This document shows, in pieces, positions 20,299 through 30,700 of a DNA stretch of 64,000 nucleotides (position 1 is its first letter; every line of letters begins with the position of its first letter). Below the pieces are notes generated by a model, which ran no database searches, was not told the DNA's origin, and worked only from the letters and a program-made list of their open reading frames with translations. A program made the translations under genes and the position numbers. The stretch lies in the IMG/VR virus record IMGVR_UViG_3300036804_000088, positions 2,487 to 66,486 of that record, one strand, 5' to 3'. The stretch comes from a virus.

Positions 20299-21506
20299 CC
20301 GTGCCGGGCGCGGTCGGGGACAGGGTCTATCTGGGCAGTATGGTTGCCACCCTGAACTTTTGGGGCATCGTCGGGGACAAGAGAAACGTGCCGATGACCA
20401 ACGGCGCTTTCGAACTGGTCACCGACCCCAACATAGGGCCGGTGGGTACGGTCACCCTGAACACGGCTATCGGCCCGCCGGGGCAGCGCGGCGAAGACGC
20501 CAAAGTCGTTAAAATGCAGTGGGAGACCAACTTAACGTCGGCGTCGGAACTGCCCGCCCACCTGACGGACACCGATGACGATATCGGGAAAGCCTTTTGG
20601 ATCGGCAACCAGATCTACATCTGGTCAGGCACTGACTGGTTTCCCAGACTGCTGGGCGTGCCCGGCCCTCCCGGTCCCGTTCCCCAGTTGACCGTTGCGG
20701 GAGAACTGGTGGAATCGGGCACATTAGAGAGCCTGACAACACCGATCAACATCGTGCCCAGCGGGATACCTGAAGAGTTGTCGCTGATATTCCAGTTCGA
20801 TCAGGACAGCATCACCGGCCCGGCTGGACCTGACGTCGGCCCGCTGCGGGATGCCGCAGACTTCGACAACACCACAGGAGTTCTGGACGACCGCGCGGCC
20901 ATCGTGTGGAACAGTTTCACGCAGAAATTCCAGCCGACCCCGTTCAATAACCTGCGCATACCGACGTATTCGATTCCAGAGTCTAGCTTCTCGTCGGTGC
21001 AGACGTCGACCGGCAGTGATCTACAGATATGCAGCTTCGCTGTACCGCCGCAAGCATTCCCGTGGCGTCCGCTGGTGCTGGGCAGTTTCACCGGCGCTAA
21101 GCAGCACGGGTTCGCCGCGTTGTTCCAAAAGGCTATGCAGCTCGGCGCATCCGTCACACTGGGTGACCCGGTCAACGGAACCCTGATCGGCCGCGCGTTC
21201 GGCAACATCACCACCGTGGCTATCATCTTCCCGCACTACTCCTGGCCCTCTTCCCCGCGAACCAACATCAACCCGAACAACCAGTTAGCTATCGTGCCGC
21301 CAAACCACACCGGAACCCAAGGGACCGTGTATGTTACGGTCACCAACGAAGGTGCGATAGGTAGCTGGTCGCTGACCAGCATGGACGCGCAACTGATCGT
21401 CATGTGTATCCCGGTGATCGATCAGCCGCCGGTGATATCACCGCCACAAAGGTTCTCTGGTAGCGGCAACCTGACAGCCAGCACGACAATCATCGGTGGA
21501 AGTTAG
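20295..21506 (+). CDS. Minor tail protein, paralog 2
   Basis: Colinear similarity to the previous gene (DIGKAFWIGN, FQFDQDSITGPAGP, VTLGDP). Confidence 0.75.
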   Translation: MTVPGAVGDRVYLGSMVATLNFWGIVGDKRNVPMTNGAFELVTDPNIGPVGTVTLNTAIGPPGQRGEDAKVVKMQWETNLTSASELPAHLTDTDDDIGKAFWIGNQIYIWSGTDWFPRLLGVPGPPGPVPQLTVAGELVESGTLESLTTPINIVPSGIPEELSLIFQFDQDSITGPAGPDVGPLRDAADFDNTTGVLDDRAAIVWNSFTQKFQPTPFNNLRIPTYSIPESSFSSVQTSTGSDLQICSFAVPPQAFPWRPLVLGSFTGAKQHGFAALFQKAMQLGASVTLGDPVNGTLIGRAFGNITTVAIIFPHYSWPSSPRTNINPNNQLAIVPPNHTGTQGTVYVTVTNEGAIGSWSLTSMDAQLIVMCIPVIDQPPVISPPQRFSGSGNLTASTTIIGGS

Positions 21507-21512
21507 CTTTCG

Positions 21513-24500
21513 ATGACGAACCCGACACCACTGGTAACGGTGCCGGGTCCGACTCCGTGGCCGCAGACCGGCGCGCTGGACGGAGTTAATCCGCCCGCCG
21601 ATTACAACCCGCTGAAATCGAATAATACTCAAATCCCTGATGCGGCAGGCAATGTCGCGGAGTTCATCGCCACCGTTGTTCTGCAAGCAATAACAGGGTT
21701 GCTTGGCGCGCTGTTCGACGGACTGTGCAGCATCTTCGGCGGGGTACCCATCACGGGCACCACACAGAGCAGTTTCCTTTCCGGCACACAAAACGGCATG
21801 GACAGTGTTTGCAACCTGTTCTCCGGTGGCGGATCAACGGGCACCAGCGGCGCGAGCATGATAGCCGGGGCACAAGGTGTCATCGGCACCGGATCTAATC
21901 TGCTCACCGGCGATTCCGGCGCTATCAACAGCGGCAGCGGCCTCATGGACGGCAGCATATCGCTACTGAACACGCTGTGCAGCTTGTGTACCGGCGGTCT
22001 GGGAATGCCTGAACAGGCTGCGCAGCGGCGGATGGGGCGGCTGTCGGAGCGGGCCAGGGAACGGATGGGCCTGCCGCCGAAGGTGGGCACCGTGACACCT
22101 TTGGTCAGCGGCGCTTCGCTGGTGTCGGGGATACAGGGCTGGATAGCCACCGGCTCTTTCCATCTCGCCGGCGACCCCACCGTGCTCACCAACGGGCATG
22201 CTCTGGCCAACCAGGCGCAGACTCATCTGGATACGGTCACCGGGATTATGGGCGGCATGGGGACCGGCAACTCCATGCGGAGTGTGCTGAATCTCGGCAC
22301 TCAATACCATGCTGACGCAAAAGGATTGCTGGGTAATCCCGGTGGGCTGGGGACGGGCAGCCCGACGATAGCTGTCGACGCGGCCAGCATTCCGATCCTG
22401 GGACCGGCCAACATCGCCCACCACGACCTTATCGACAAACTGTTTGGCGCGTTCACTGGTATATCCAGCACTGGGCACAGTCCCGCCGACGTCGCCAACG
22501 CGGCGGCGAACCTGGCGCAGACAGCTCAGACCGCCGCGCAGCAGGCGCAGGTGGGTCAAACCTACGTCGACCTCATGGCGGTCAACAGCCCTGGTCATCA
22601 CGCCGTAGATCCAAGCCTGACAGCGACATTCGATATCACGTCGATCACAGGCACGACCGCTGACACGATCCCGGTCAATTCCACCACATCGGCAATCGGG
22701 TACATCCACATCGGGGCGGCAGCGGTCAAATCGTCCATCGCCTGGTACGGCGGCGGTGTCACCGGCCTGTCCGCAGCGTTCCTGAATCTGTTCTCCGTCG
22801 ACCCTGCCACCGGCATCAACACGCTGGTATGGTCGTCGGGCAACATCATCGCATCGATCAGCACCGCGGTCGACTGGGTGTATGTTTCGATGCCGCCGGT
22901 GTCGGTGTCGCAGAACAGTTGGTACGCAGTCGAATTAGCCGTCGTCGGGTCTGGCACACACACAATGGTCGGCCTGCCTAATCACTGGCTGAACCCGAAC
23001 CCGACTGTGTTCCCCAAGCAGCTCGGCGCTACCCGTAACACGACACTGCCGGTCGTGGACACGGTAAGCACCTACGGGTCAGCCGCTTTGGTGACAACGG
23101 ATAGCTGGACGCAAACGCTGTCGGCCTTATCTACGGCGATGTACGTTCTGCTGAACGCATCCACCACCGGCGCGATTCCCACCGCAACAGCGAAAATCGG
23201 TCTCACACCGATGACGCTGATTGAGACATTCCAATACGACAGCACTTCCATCGCCTTCGACGCTGTAGGCACGGGGGCGAACGCTTCCGGCGCGTCGATA
23301 ACATGGTCACACACAGCAGCATCAGGCGCTTACGTTATCGCTGCGATAGAGGTTGCGGTCGGAACACCGACCAGCGTCACCTACGGCGGCGTAGCGATGA
23401 CGTTACTGAAAACGCAAACCGCCAACAATAATTCGAGTAACGGCGCGCTATGGGTTTACGGGCTTGCCAGCCCACCCACCGGCGTCCAGAGTGTTATCGC
23501 CAGTCTCCCGGCAGGTAACGCCGCTTCCGGCAACAGCGTGTCCTATCTCGGTGTCGCATCGGTGGGAACCATACCGACCCCGGTTTTCGGGAATGGTACC
23601 TCACCGTCCGAAGGTCCGATCACCTGCCCTGCCAACGGAATGATCGTGCAAGCGTTCGGCAATAACGGAACGTCAACCGGATTCAGCTCACCGACCGGCG
23701 GCACAAACCGGTTTATCGGTACGGAATCCAGTGCTAAAACATCGATCTCAGACTCGTCAGCTACAACCACATTCGGCATTACCGAAGGCAACCTTAGTTC
23801 GTATGCCGGTATCGCCATACCTTTGGTTCCGAACGCAGCCACCCGTGCTGGGCTGATCTATGTTTTCGAGTTGCTGACACCGCCGACCGGGCTGCAAACC
23901 ATCTCTTACACACTGAGTTCCAGCGCGCTGGTGTCCGGCGTGGGTGCGTCGTATGAGGGCGCTAACGGTGTCGGAACCATCGCCACCAACAGCGGCACTG
24001 GCACGGCGATGACACAATCGGAGACAGCAACAGCTAACCAGCTCGTGCTGCAAGCGTTCGCCAACGATACCGGTCTGGGTAGCATCACCGGATACAACCA
24101 GACCGCCGTTGCCTACGAACCAGGCGGCACCGGCCATGATCCGCTTTTCGTCGGGCAGGCTGTCGCCACCGGGTCGGCGCAAACATTCAGCGCCACAGCG
24201 GGAGTCAGCGCACCATGGGGTGCAGTTGCGATACCGCTGACCGCCGCGTCGTACATTGCTCCGAACCCGGTCATCGGGTCGCTGCCCAGCGGCGCGGCAG
24301 CCTACTCACCGAACCTGCCATGGCTTGCGCTGTCATCCGAAAACGTCACCACCCAAGGCACATTCGCGCCGGTAACCATCCCCTACTACGTGCCCGGCAC
24401 CTACATATTCGACATCCCGTTCTGGGCCAGCTTCATTGACCTGGTTGGGCTCGGCGGCGGCGGCGACGGCGCAAATGGTACTGCTCTCGGGCGTGGCGAC

Positions 24501-26012
24501 GGCGGCAGCGCCGGAAACTGGAACGGCAGAGTCATCGAACGTGCGGTCGACTTCATGGACTCTCCGACCGCGACGTTGACGGTCGTCGTCGGAACCGGCG
24601 GCATCAACAACGGTCCCGGCGTGGCCACCACGATCAGTTGGACCGACACACTAGGGCACACGCAGACCTTGACTTGTGCAGGTGGCGCGGCTGCCACGCA
24701 ACCCACCTATCTCGGGCAGGCCGCGCCGATATTCATCTTCGACGGCGCACCGTACTACGGCGACATCACCGGTACCACGTTCAGCTTCGGCGGCGGCGGC
24801 ATCGGCGGCAAAGCGTTCGGCGGTCCCAGCTCGGGCGGCGGCAACGGCGGCGTATTCCTGAACATGCGCAGCGGCGCAGGCGCTGCCAGAGAGATCCCCG
24901 TATCGGTCGGCATATCCGGCAGCGGAACCCTGGCAGCAGCGGCAGGGCGGCGCGGGAATCTCACCGGCCATGGTGCGCTTTCAGCGGCAGCGTTCCCCCA
25001 CTATGTTCGTACCGCGGCACTACCCGGCCACGGTGTCATATCGGCTACAGCAGGACGACACGGAAACCTGGCTGGCAGCGGCACGCTTTCCGCGACAGCC
25101 TTCGCGCGGTATGCGTGCCCGGCGGCGCTACCCGGTCAGGGTGTGTTGGCTGCGCCGATCCAAGTCAAACTGTCCGCACCGCTGCCCGGCAGTGGCGCAC
25201 TGTCGGCCACAGCAGGGCGACACGCAAACCTGGCCGGTCATGGCATCGTGTCGGCCACAGCGGGCCGTAGGGGCAATCTGATTGGGCACGGTGTGCTTTC
25301 GGCGAAGATCAAAGTCAAGCTGACGGGACCGCTCACCGGTCGAGGCGTGCTGTCGGCCCCGATCAAAGTCAAACTGAAGGCGCTGCTTTCGGGGCACGGT
25401 GCGCTGTCGGCGGTGACTAAACCACCGGTGATGTTCGACGCTGTGGGGACTGGCGCGCTGAGCGCTGGCGGCAGCGGCAGCAGCAGCATCTCGTGGACAC
25501 ACGACGCGGCAGCAGACTCTTACGTCATCGTCGGGATTACCAGCAACGGTACGGTAGCCATCACCACAATGACCTATGGCGGTCAGCCTATGTCGTTGCT
25601 GGGATCACAGGAAACCAATAACACCAGTAACGAAAGCACCATCTACTTCTACGGATTGGCCAATCCGCCCACCGGCAGCCAGACCGTTTTAGCTGTGTTC
25701 GCAAGCCCGACAGCCTCGGTCGGCAACAGTGTGTCGTACCTGAACGTCAATTCGGTGGGGACGGTACAAACAGTATTCGGAACCGGCACCACGACATCGC
25801 AGACGGTCACCTGCACCAGCGAGCAGATGATTGTGCAAGCGTTCGACGCCTGGGCATTCGGCGGCTCTATCGCCCCCAGCGGCGGAACGAACCGGTCCAT
25901 CCTTGAGCGCAGCTTCAGCAGAGTGGCAATCAGCGATGCCACGGTCAGCACAACATTCACCGCCGCTATCAACAGCTCCGACTGGGCCGGTATCGCGGTC
26001 GTTCTCACCTAG
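21513..26012 (+). CDS. Large minor tail / receptor-binding protein
   Basis: 1499 aa; three related beta-sandwich domains, a glycine-rich domain (PGTYIFDIPFWA..IDLVGLGGGG) and 10 GxG repeats. Confidence 0.75.
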   Translation: MTNPTPLVTVPGPTPWPQTGALDGVNPPADYNPLKSNNTQIPDAAGNVAEFIATVVLQAITGLLGALFDGLCSIFGGVPITGTTQSSFLSGTQNGMDSVCNLFSGGGSTGTSGASMIAGAQGVIGTGSNLLTGDSGAINSGSGLMDGSISLLNTLCSLCTGGLGMPEQAAQRRMGRLSERARERMGLPPKVGTVTPLVSGASLVSGIQGWIATGSFHLAGDPTVLTNGHALANQAQTHLDTVTGIMGGMGTGNSMRSVLNLGTQYHADAKGLLGNPGGLGTGSPTIAVDAASIPILGPANIAHHDLIDKLFGAFTGISSTGHSPADVANAAANLAQTAQTAAQQAQVGQTYVDLMAVNSPGHHAVDPSLTATFDITSITGTTADTIPVNSTTSAIGYIHIGAAAVKSSIAWYGGGVTGLSAAFLNLFSVDPATGINTLVWSSGNIIASISTAVDWVYVSMPPVSVSQNSWYAVELAVVGSGTHTMVGLPNHWLNPNPTVFPKQLGATRNTTLPVVDTVSTYGSAALVTTDSWTQTLSALSTAMYVLLNASTTGAIPTATAKIGLTPMTLIETFQYDSTSIAFDAVGTGANASGASITWSHTAASGAYVIAAIEVAVGTPTSVTYGGVAMTLLKTQTANNNSSNGALWVYGLASPPTGVQSVIASLPAGNAASGNSVSYLGVASVGTIPTPVFGNGTSPSEGPITCPANGMIVQAFGNNGTSTGFSSPTGGTNRFIGTESSAKTSISDSSATTTFGITEGNLSSYAGIAIPLVPNAATRAGLIYVFELLTPPTGLQTISYTLSSSALVSGVGASYEGANGVGTIATNSGTGTAMTQSETATANQLVLQAFANDTGLGSITGYNQTAVAYEPGGTGHDPLFVGQAVATGSAQTFSATAGVSAPWGAVAIPLTAASYIAPNPVIGSLPSGAAAYSPNLPWLALSSENVTTQGTFAPVTIPYYVPGTYIFDIPFWASFIDLVGLGGGGDGANGTALGRGDGGSAGNWNGRVIERAVDFMDSPTATLTVVVGTGGINNGPGVATTISWTDTLGHTQTLTCAGGAAATQPTYLGQAAPIFIFDGAPYYGDITGTTFSFGGGGIGGKAFGGPSSGGGNGGVFLNMRSGAGAAREIPVSVGISGSGTLAAAAGRRGNLTGHGALSAAAFPHYVRTAALPGHGVISATAGRHGNLAGSGTLSATAFARYACPAALPGQGVLAAPIQVKLSAPLPGSGALSATAGRHANLAGHGIVSATAGRRGNLIGHGVLSAKIKVKLTGPLTGRGVLSAPIKVKLKALLSGHGALSAVTKPPVMFDAVGTGALSAGGSGSSSISWTHDAAADSYVIVGITSNGTVAITTMTYGGQPMSLLGSQETNNTSNESTIYFYGLANPPTGSQTVLAVFASPTASVGNSVSYLNVNSVGTVQTVFGTGTTTSQTVTCTSEQMIVQAFDAWAFGGSIAPSGGTNRSILERSFSRVAISDATVSTTFTAAINSSDWAGIAVVLT

Positions 26013-26074
26013 ACCTTTTCAACCCAAATATATTGCGGCGCTTCGCCGTGTCCAACAAATGATGGAGAAATAAA

Positions 26075-26422
26075 ATGGTTGCTTGCACAGCGACTCTGAA
26101 CACCCTGGCAGCCGACTACGCCGCGCTGGGAACCGATGTGGGTCTGGCCACCGGCACACCCGGCTCGTCATCCACCCCAGCCAACGAGGCCACCGGCGGT
26201 AGCCCGGCCTACGCTCGTGTGGCTACGGTCTGGTCTGCCGGTACCACCGGCGTTCAAAACGGCACGGCGGTGACGATCAACGTGGCCGCGGCGACGTACA
26301 CGTTTATGATTCTGTGCTCCGCTGGGTCCGGTAACAACATGATCGACAACTGCGCTATCACTTCGGTGGTAATGTCGGCTCAGGGTCAGATTGTGGTTAC
26401 ACCTACCTATACGCAAACATAA
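26075..26422 (+). CDS. Small tail-fibre subunit-like protein
   Basis: GGAG RBS. L.TG.PG...ANEATGGSPAYARV...W motif common in phage fibre-subunit genes. Confidence 0.65.
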   Translation: MVACTATLNTLAADYAALGTDVGLATGTPGSSSTPANEATGGSPAYARVATVWSAGTTGVQNGTAVTINVAAATYTFMILCSAGSGNNMIDNCAITSVVMSAQGQIVVTPTYTQT

Positions 26423-26449
26423 TCCGCTATCGTATGATAGCCTGGTTGG

Positions 26450-27037
26450 ATGATATGTACTGTCGAAGGATGTACTTCAGTCATCAAGTCGGGCAATCGA
26501 TTCTGCGAAAAGCATCGGGCGCGCTTTCGGCGGCACGGCAACCCTAATGTCGTTCTCAAAGATCACACCCCCGCAACCGAACGGTGGAAAACCTCCTATG
26601 AGGTTGATCCCGAAACCGGATGCTGGAACTGGACCGGACCATTCAGCCGCGGATACGGATTCATACAGGATGGTGCTCGAAAGCGTTACCAGGCACATAG
26701 ATTCGTCTATGAGCAGGTGGTTGGTCCGATACCGGACGGTAAAGAGATTGATCATGTGTGCCGAAATACCAAGTGTGTCAATCCAGATCCCGGCCACTGT
26801 GAACCTGTTACGCACGCTGTCAACGTCCAGCGAGGCAATGCCGGTATTGCAAACGCCCTTAAGACGCACTGCAAGCGCGGGCACGAATTTACACCTGAGA
26901 ACACATACGACAATCATGGCCATCGGGGTTGCCGTGAATGTCAACGCACACAGGTTCGGGAATACATGCGCGAGAAGCGCCGCCGCGAACGTATAATCAA
27001 GGCAAAACAATTCCTTGAACGAGAAGGTGAATTATAG
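26450..27037 (+). CDS. Free-standing HNH homing endonuclease
   Basis: CWNWTG..GYG, AHRFVYE, IDHVCRN..CVNP..H.EPVT..VN, KTHCKRGH; AT-richer than neighbours. Confidence 0.9.
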   Translation: MICTVEGCTSVIKSGNRFCEKHRARFRRHGNPNVVLKDHTPATERWKTSYEVDPETGCWNWTGPFSRGYGFIQDGARKRYQAHRFVYEQVVGPIPDGKEIDHVCRNTKCVNPDPGHCEPVTHAVNVQRGNAGIANALKTHCKRGHEFTPENTYDNHGHRGCRECQRTQVREYMREKRRRERIIKAKQFLEREGEL

Positions 27038-27415
27038 ATGTCCGCACCCAACGGAAATGGTCAGCATCTCGTTGCGCCACCACCGGTCAATCATGGCGAA
27101 TTGACGGTCCAGGTTTGGCCCGCGTATCTCGGCTTGGCTGAGTCGGCTGACGGTGTGCAGTTCACGGAGAATGTCGGCAACCCCGACTATGACCGTGGCC
27201 AGATCGTCTGGGAGACACGTAAAGACAAGTCGATCTACGGGCATGCGCGGGTGTACGCCCCGAAGGGTGTCTACACCCATTTCGTTTTCTGCGGCGGACC
27301 GACCGAAAACGTGTGGGATGTGAAGCAATTGGAGCATCCGATTGTCTTCGACCGGCCCGGCTACGTGGATGTCGACCCGATCCAGAACCAGGATTACCTA
27401 CCAAGAGGAACATGA
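27038..27415 (+). CDS. Tail-region protein, fibre-subunit-like
   Basis: YLGLA...DYDRGQIVW...VYAPKGVYTH loosely parallels the 26075 protein. Confidence 0.55.
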   Translation: MSAPNGNGQHLVAPPPVNHGELTVQVWPAYLGLAESADGVQFTENVGNPDYDRGQIVWETRKDKSIYGHARVYAPKGVYTHFVFCGGPTENVWDVKQLEHPIVFDRPGYVDVDPIQNQDYLPRGT

Positions 27416-27416
27416 C

Positions 27417-27704
27417 ATGTCCGGTCCCTTCATAAAATTCACTGACGCGGTCAAAGATTATGAAGTGGACTGGACAGCATGGCTTGATGACGACGTTATC
27501 ACCGCGTCGACTTGGACGCCGGATGATAGTGGCATTGTGGTGCAGTCCATGAGCCACACGGCCACGACGACAACAGTATGGTTGTCCGGTGGCCCGGCCA
27601 CCACTGACGGTAACGCAGTGAGATGTGTTGTTATTAACCACATTACGACTACCGGCGGTCGGCAAGAGGACTACATTCTCAACATTGATGTAAGGTCACC
27701 GTAA
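27417..27704 (+). CDS. Fibre-tail adaptor-like protein
   Basis: Start MSGPF (GAGGA RBS). KDYEVDWTAWL..D.I..STW, TVWLSGG and NHITT.GGR motifs. Confidence 0.65.
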   Translation: MSGPFIKFTDAVKDYEVDWTAWLDDDVITASTWTPDDSGIVVQSMSHTATTTTVWLSGGPATTDGNAVRCVVINHITTTGGRQEDYILNIDVRSP

Positions 27705-27708
27705 TAAT

Positions 27709-30700
27709 GTGGCGGTAACGCGGATCGGTTCCGGCGCTGGCGGCACCAGCACCGGCGCAGCTGTAACATTCAACGGCCCAACCATCTCCGCTTCTGACGC
27801 CACCACGGTAATGGTGGTTGGTGTTGTCCTGTCTGTCTCATCGAACGCTTCTGCTACGTGCTCGGTGACGTGTGGTGGCGTAGCGATGACACAGCTCAAT
27901 CTGACGCTGGCGGGTTCGTCTACCAGCCGCAGCGCGACCGGCCTGTATTACCTTTTCAACCCCGGCACCGGCACGAAAAGCATCGTCGTCACTCCTGGCG
28001 GCGCGACCATAGCGCAGGTGCGTTGTCAGGCTGTCGCGTTCACCGGTGTCGCCGCCACTGGTGTTGGCACAGCCCAAGTTTCGGCTGCGACGTCGCACTC
28101 TCCGACATCTGTTGTTGACGGCTACGATGTCCGCGTTCTGTGCAATGGTGCTGCTTTAACGTCACCGAACCAGACGCAGGAATATCTTGGCGGTGCATCA
28201 GTTTCCGGTATTGGCGACTACATGTGCATGCAGTCCGCTGTGGGGACTGGCAGCGCTATCAGCTTCACAGCGTCGGGGACTGCGACCACGCCGGAATCTG
28301 TTGCGGTCGCGCTGTCCCCGTTTATCGGCTATGTCCAAGGCAACTCCGCAACCCCGGCTAGTGGTTCCCCTGTCACCGTCGCATATACGGTGGCGCAGAC
28401 TGCGGGGAACCTGAACGTTGTCGCTGTCGGATGGAACGACAACACATCAACCATCAGCTCAGTCACCGACACAAAGGGCAACAGCTACCAGTTAGCTGTT
28501 CCAATCGCACGACAGGCAACGCCGGGTCCTTTAAGCCAAGCAATCTACTATGCGCCGAACATCGCCGCAGCCGCAGCGGGCGCTAACACGGTGACGGTCA
28601 CGTTCAGCACGTCGGTCAGCTTCCCTGATATACGAATCGCCGAGTACAGCGGTCTGGCAACTACGAGCCCGTTCGACCCAGCCGGTTCCGGCTCTGGTAC
28701 GGGTAACAGCGCTGCCCCTTCGGCTGGTCCGTTCACCACCACCGCAGCCAACGAGGTGCTTGTCGGCGCCGGGATGAACTCGAACATACTCTCGGCAGGG
28801 TCTGGCTATACCAGCCGGATTGTTACCGCTAACGACTTCGATCTGCTCGAGGACAAGGTAGTTACCTCTGCCGGTAGTAATACCTGCACTGCCGGTATAA
28901 GTGCTTCCGGCCCGTGGGTGCTGCAAGTCGCGGCGTTCAGCCACACGTCGATCAGCGTTAGCGCTAGTGCACCCCTTTCCGGCCACGGTGCACTGTCCGC
29001 CGCAGTTATAGCACAGTATGTTCGCACCGCCGCGCTGCCCGGTCATGGTGCGCTCACCGCGTCGGCGCGGCTGTCCGAAGAGGCCAGTCATGCAGCCCTG
29101 CCCGGCCATGGCGTCTTATCCGCCACAGTCATAGCGCAATACATCAGAGCCGCAGCACTATCCGGCCACGGCGTGCTCACCGCGTCGGCGCGGCTGTTCT
29201 CCATAAATGAGCCAGCGCCCCTTATCGGTCACGGTATACTGTTCGCCACAGCCATAGCGCAATACGTTCGCACCGCGGCCCTGTCCGGCCATGGTGCCCT
29301 GTCCGCCACCGCTGTGGCGCAGTACGTTCGCACCGCAGCATTATCCGGCCATGGTGTGCTCACAGCCACAGCGGTGAAAGCTGGCCAGACAGCAGCGCCA
29401 TTAACAGGTCGTGGCGTACTCACCGCAACAGCGCGACTGTTCGAAGAGGCCAGTGCTGCGGCACTACCGGGCCATGGTGCGCTATCCGCCACAGGCACGG
29501 CGCAATACGTCAGAGCCGCAGCACTTTCCGGCCACGGTGCGCTGAGTGCCATAGCCGTAGCGCAATATATAAGAGCCGCAGCACTACCCGGCCACGGTGC
29601 ACTCACCGCTTCGGCGCGGCTATCCGAAGAGGCCAGTCACGCAGCGTTACCCGGTCATGGTGCGCTGAGCGCCATAGCCGTAGCGCAGTATGTTCGACCG
29701 GCAGCGCTGTCCGGTCACGGTACAGCTTCGGCTACGGCACGCCTGTCCGAAGAGGCCAGTCACGCAGCACTGTCCGGTCACGGTGCGCTGAGCGCCATAG
29801 CCGTAGCGCAGTATGTCAGAGCCGCAGCACTAGCCGGTCACGGTGCGCTCACCGCGTCGGCGCGGCTATCCGAAGAGGCCAGTCACGCAGCACTGCCGGG
29901 TCATGGTGTCCTGTCCGCCACAGCCACATCGCAATATATTCGCGCGGCAGCGCTGTCCGGTCATGGTGCTCTATCTGCTATTGCTGTAGCCAGGTACCCC
30001 GCAGCGGCGGCGCTGTCCGGCCATGGTGCTCTCACAGCCATAGCGGCAAAAGCCGGCCAGTCAGTAGCACCGCTGCCCGGCCGCGGCGTACTCACCGCGT
30101 CGGCACGGCTGTTCTCCATCCACGAAACAGCCGCTCTGTCCGGTCTAGGTGTTCTATCCGCCACGACCACAGCACGATACGCCAGAGCCGCTGCATCGTC
30201 CGGTCATGGTGCCCTATCCGCCACGGGCATAGCGCAGTACGTTCGAACCGCAACACTATCCGGTCACGGTATAGTTTCGGCTGCGGCGCGGTTGTTTAAA
30301 GAGGCCAGTCCCGCAACGCTCCCAGGTCATGGCGTTGTGACCGCGACGGCCATCCCCCAATACAACCGCGCCGCAGCCTTGTCCGGTCACGGTGCCCTAT
30401 CCGCCACTGCTGTAGCCAGATATCCGGCGGCAGCAGCACTGCCCGGCCATGGCGCTCTTACCGCATCGGCGCGGCTGTTCTCCATCCACGACACCGCAGC
30501 CCTCGCCGGCCACGGCGCAGCGTCAGCCACCGGGGTAGCGCAATACACCAGAGCCGCAGCATTGTCCGGCCACGGTGTGATCAGCGCGACCAGCACACCG
30601 AGATACAACCGCACCGCAGCCCTGTCCGGTCATGGAGCACTATCGGCCACAGTTTCGCCCCACTACAAACTCGCCGCCAACCCCGCCGGTATCGGAACAC

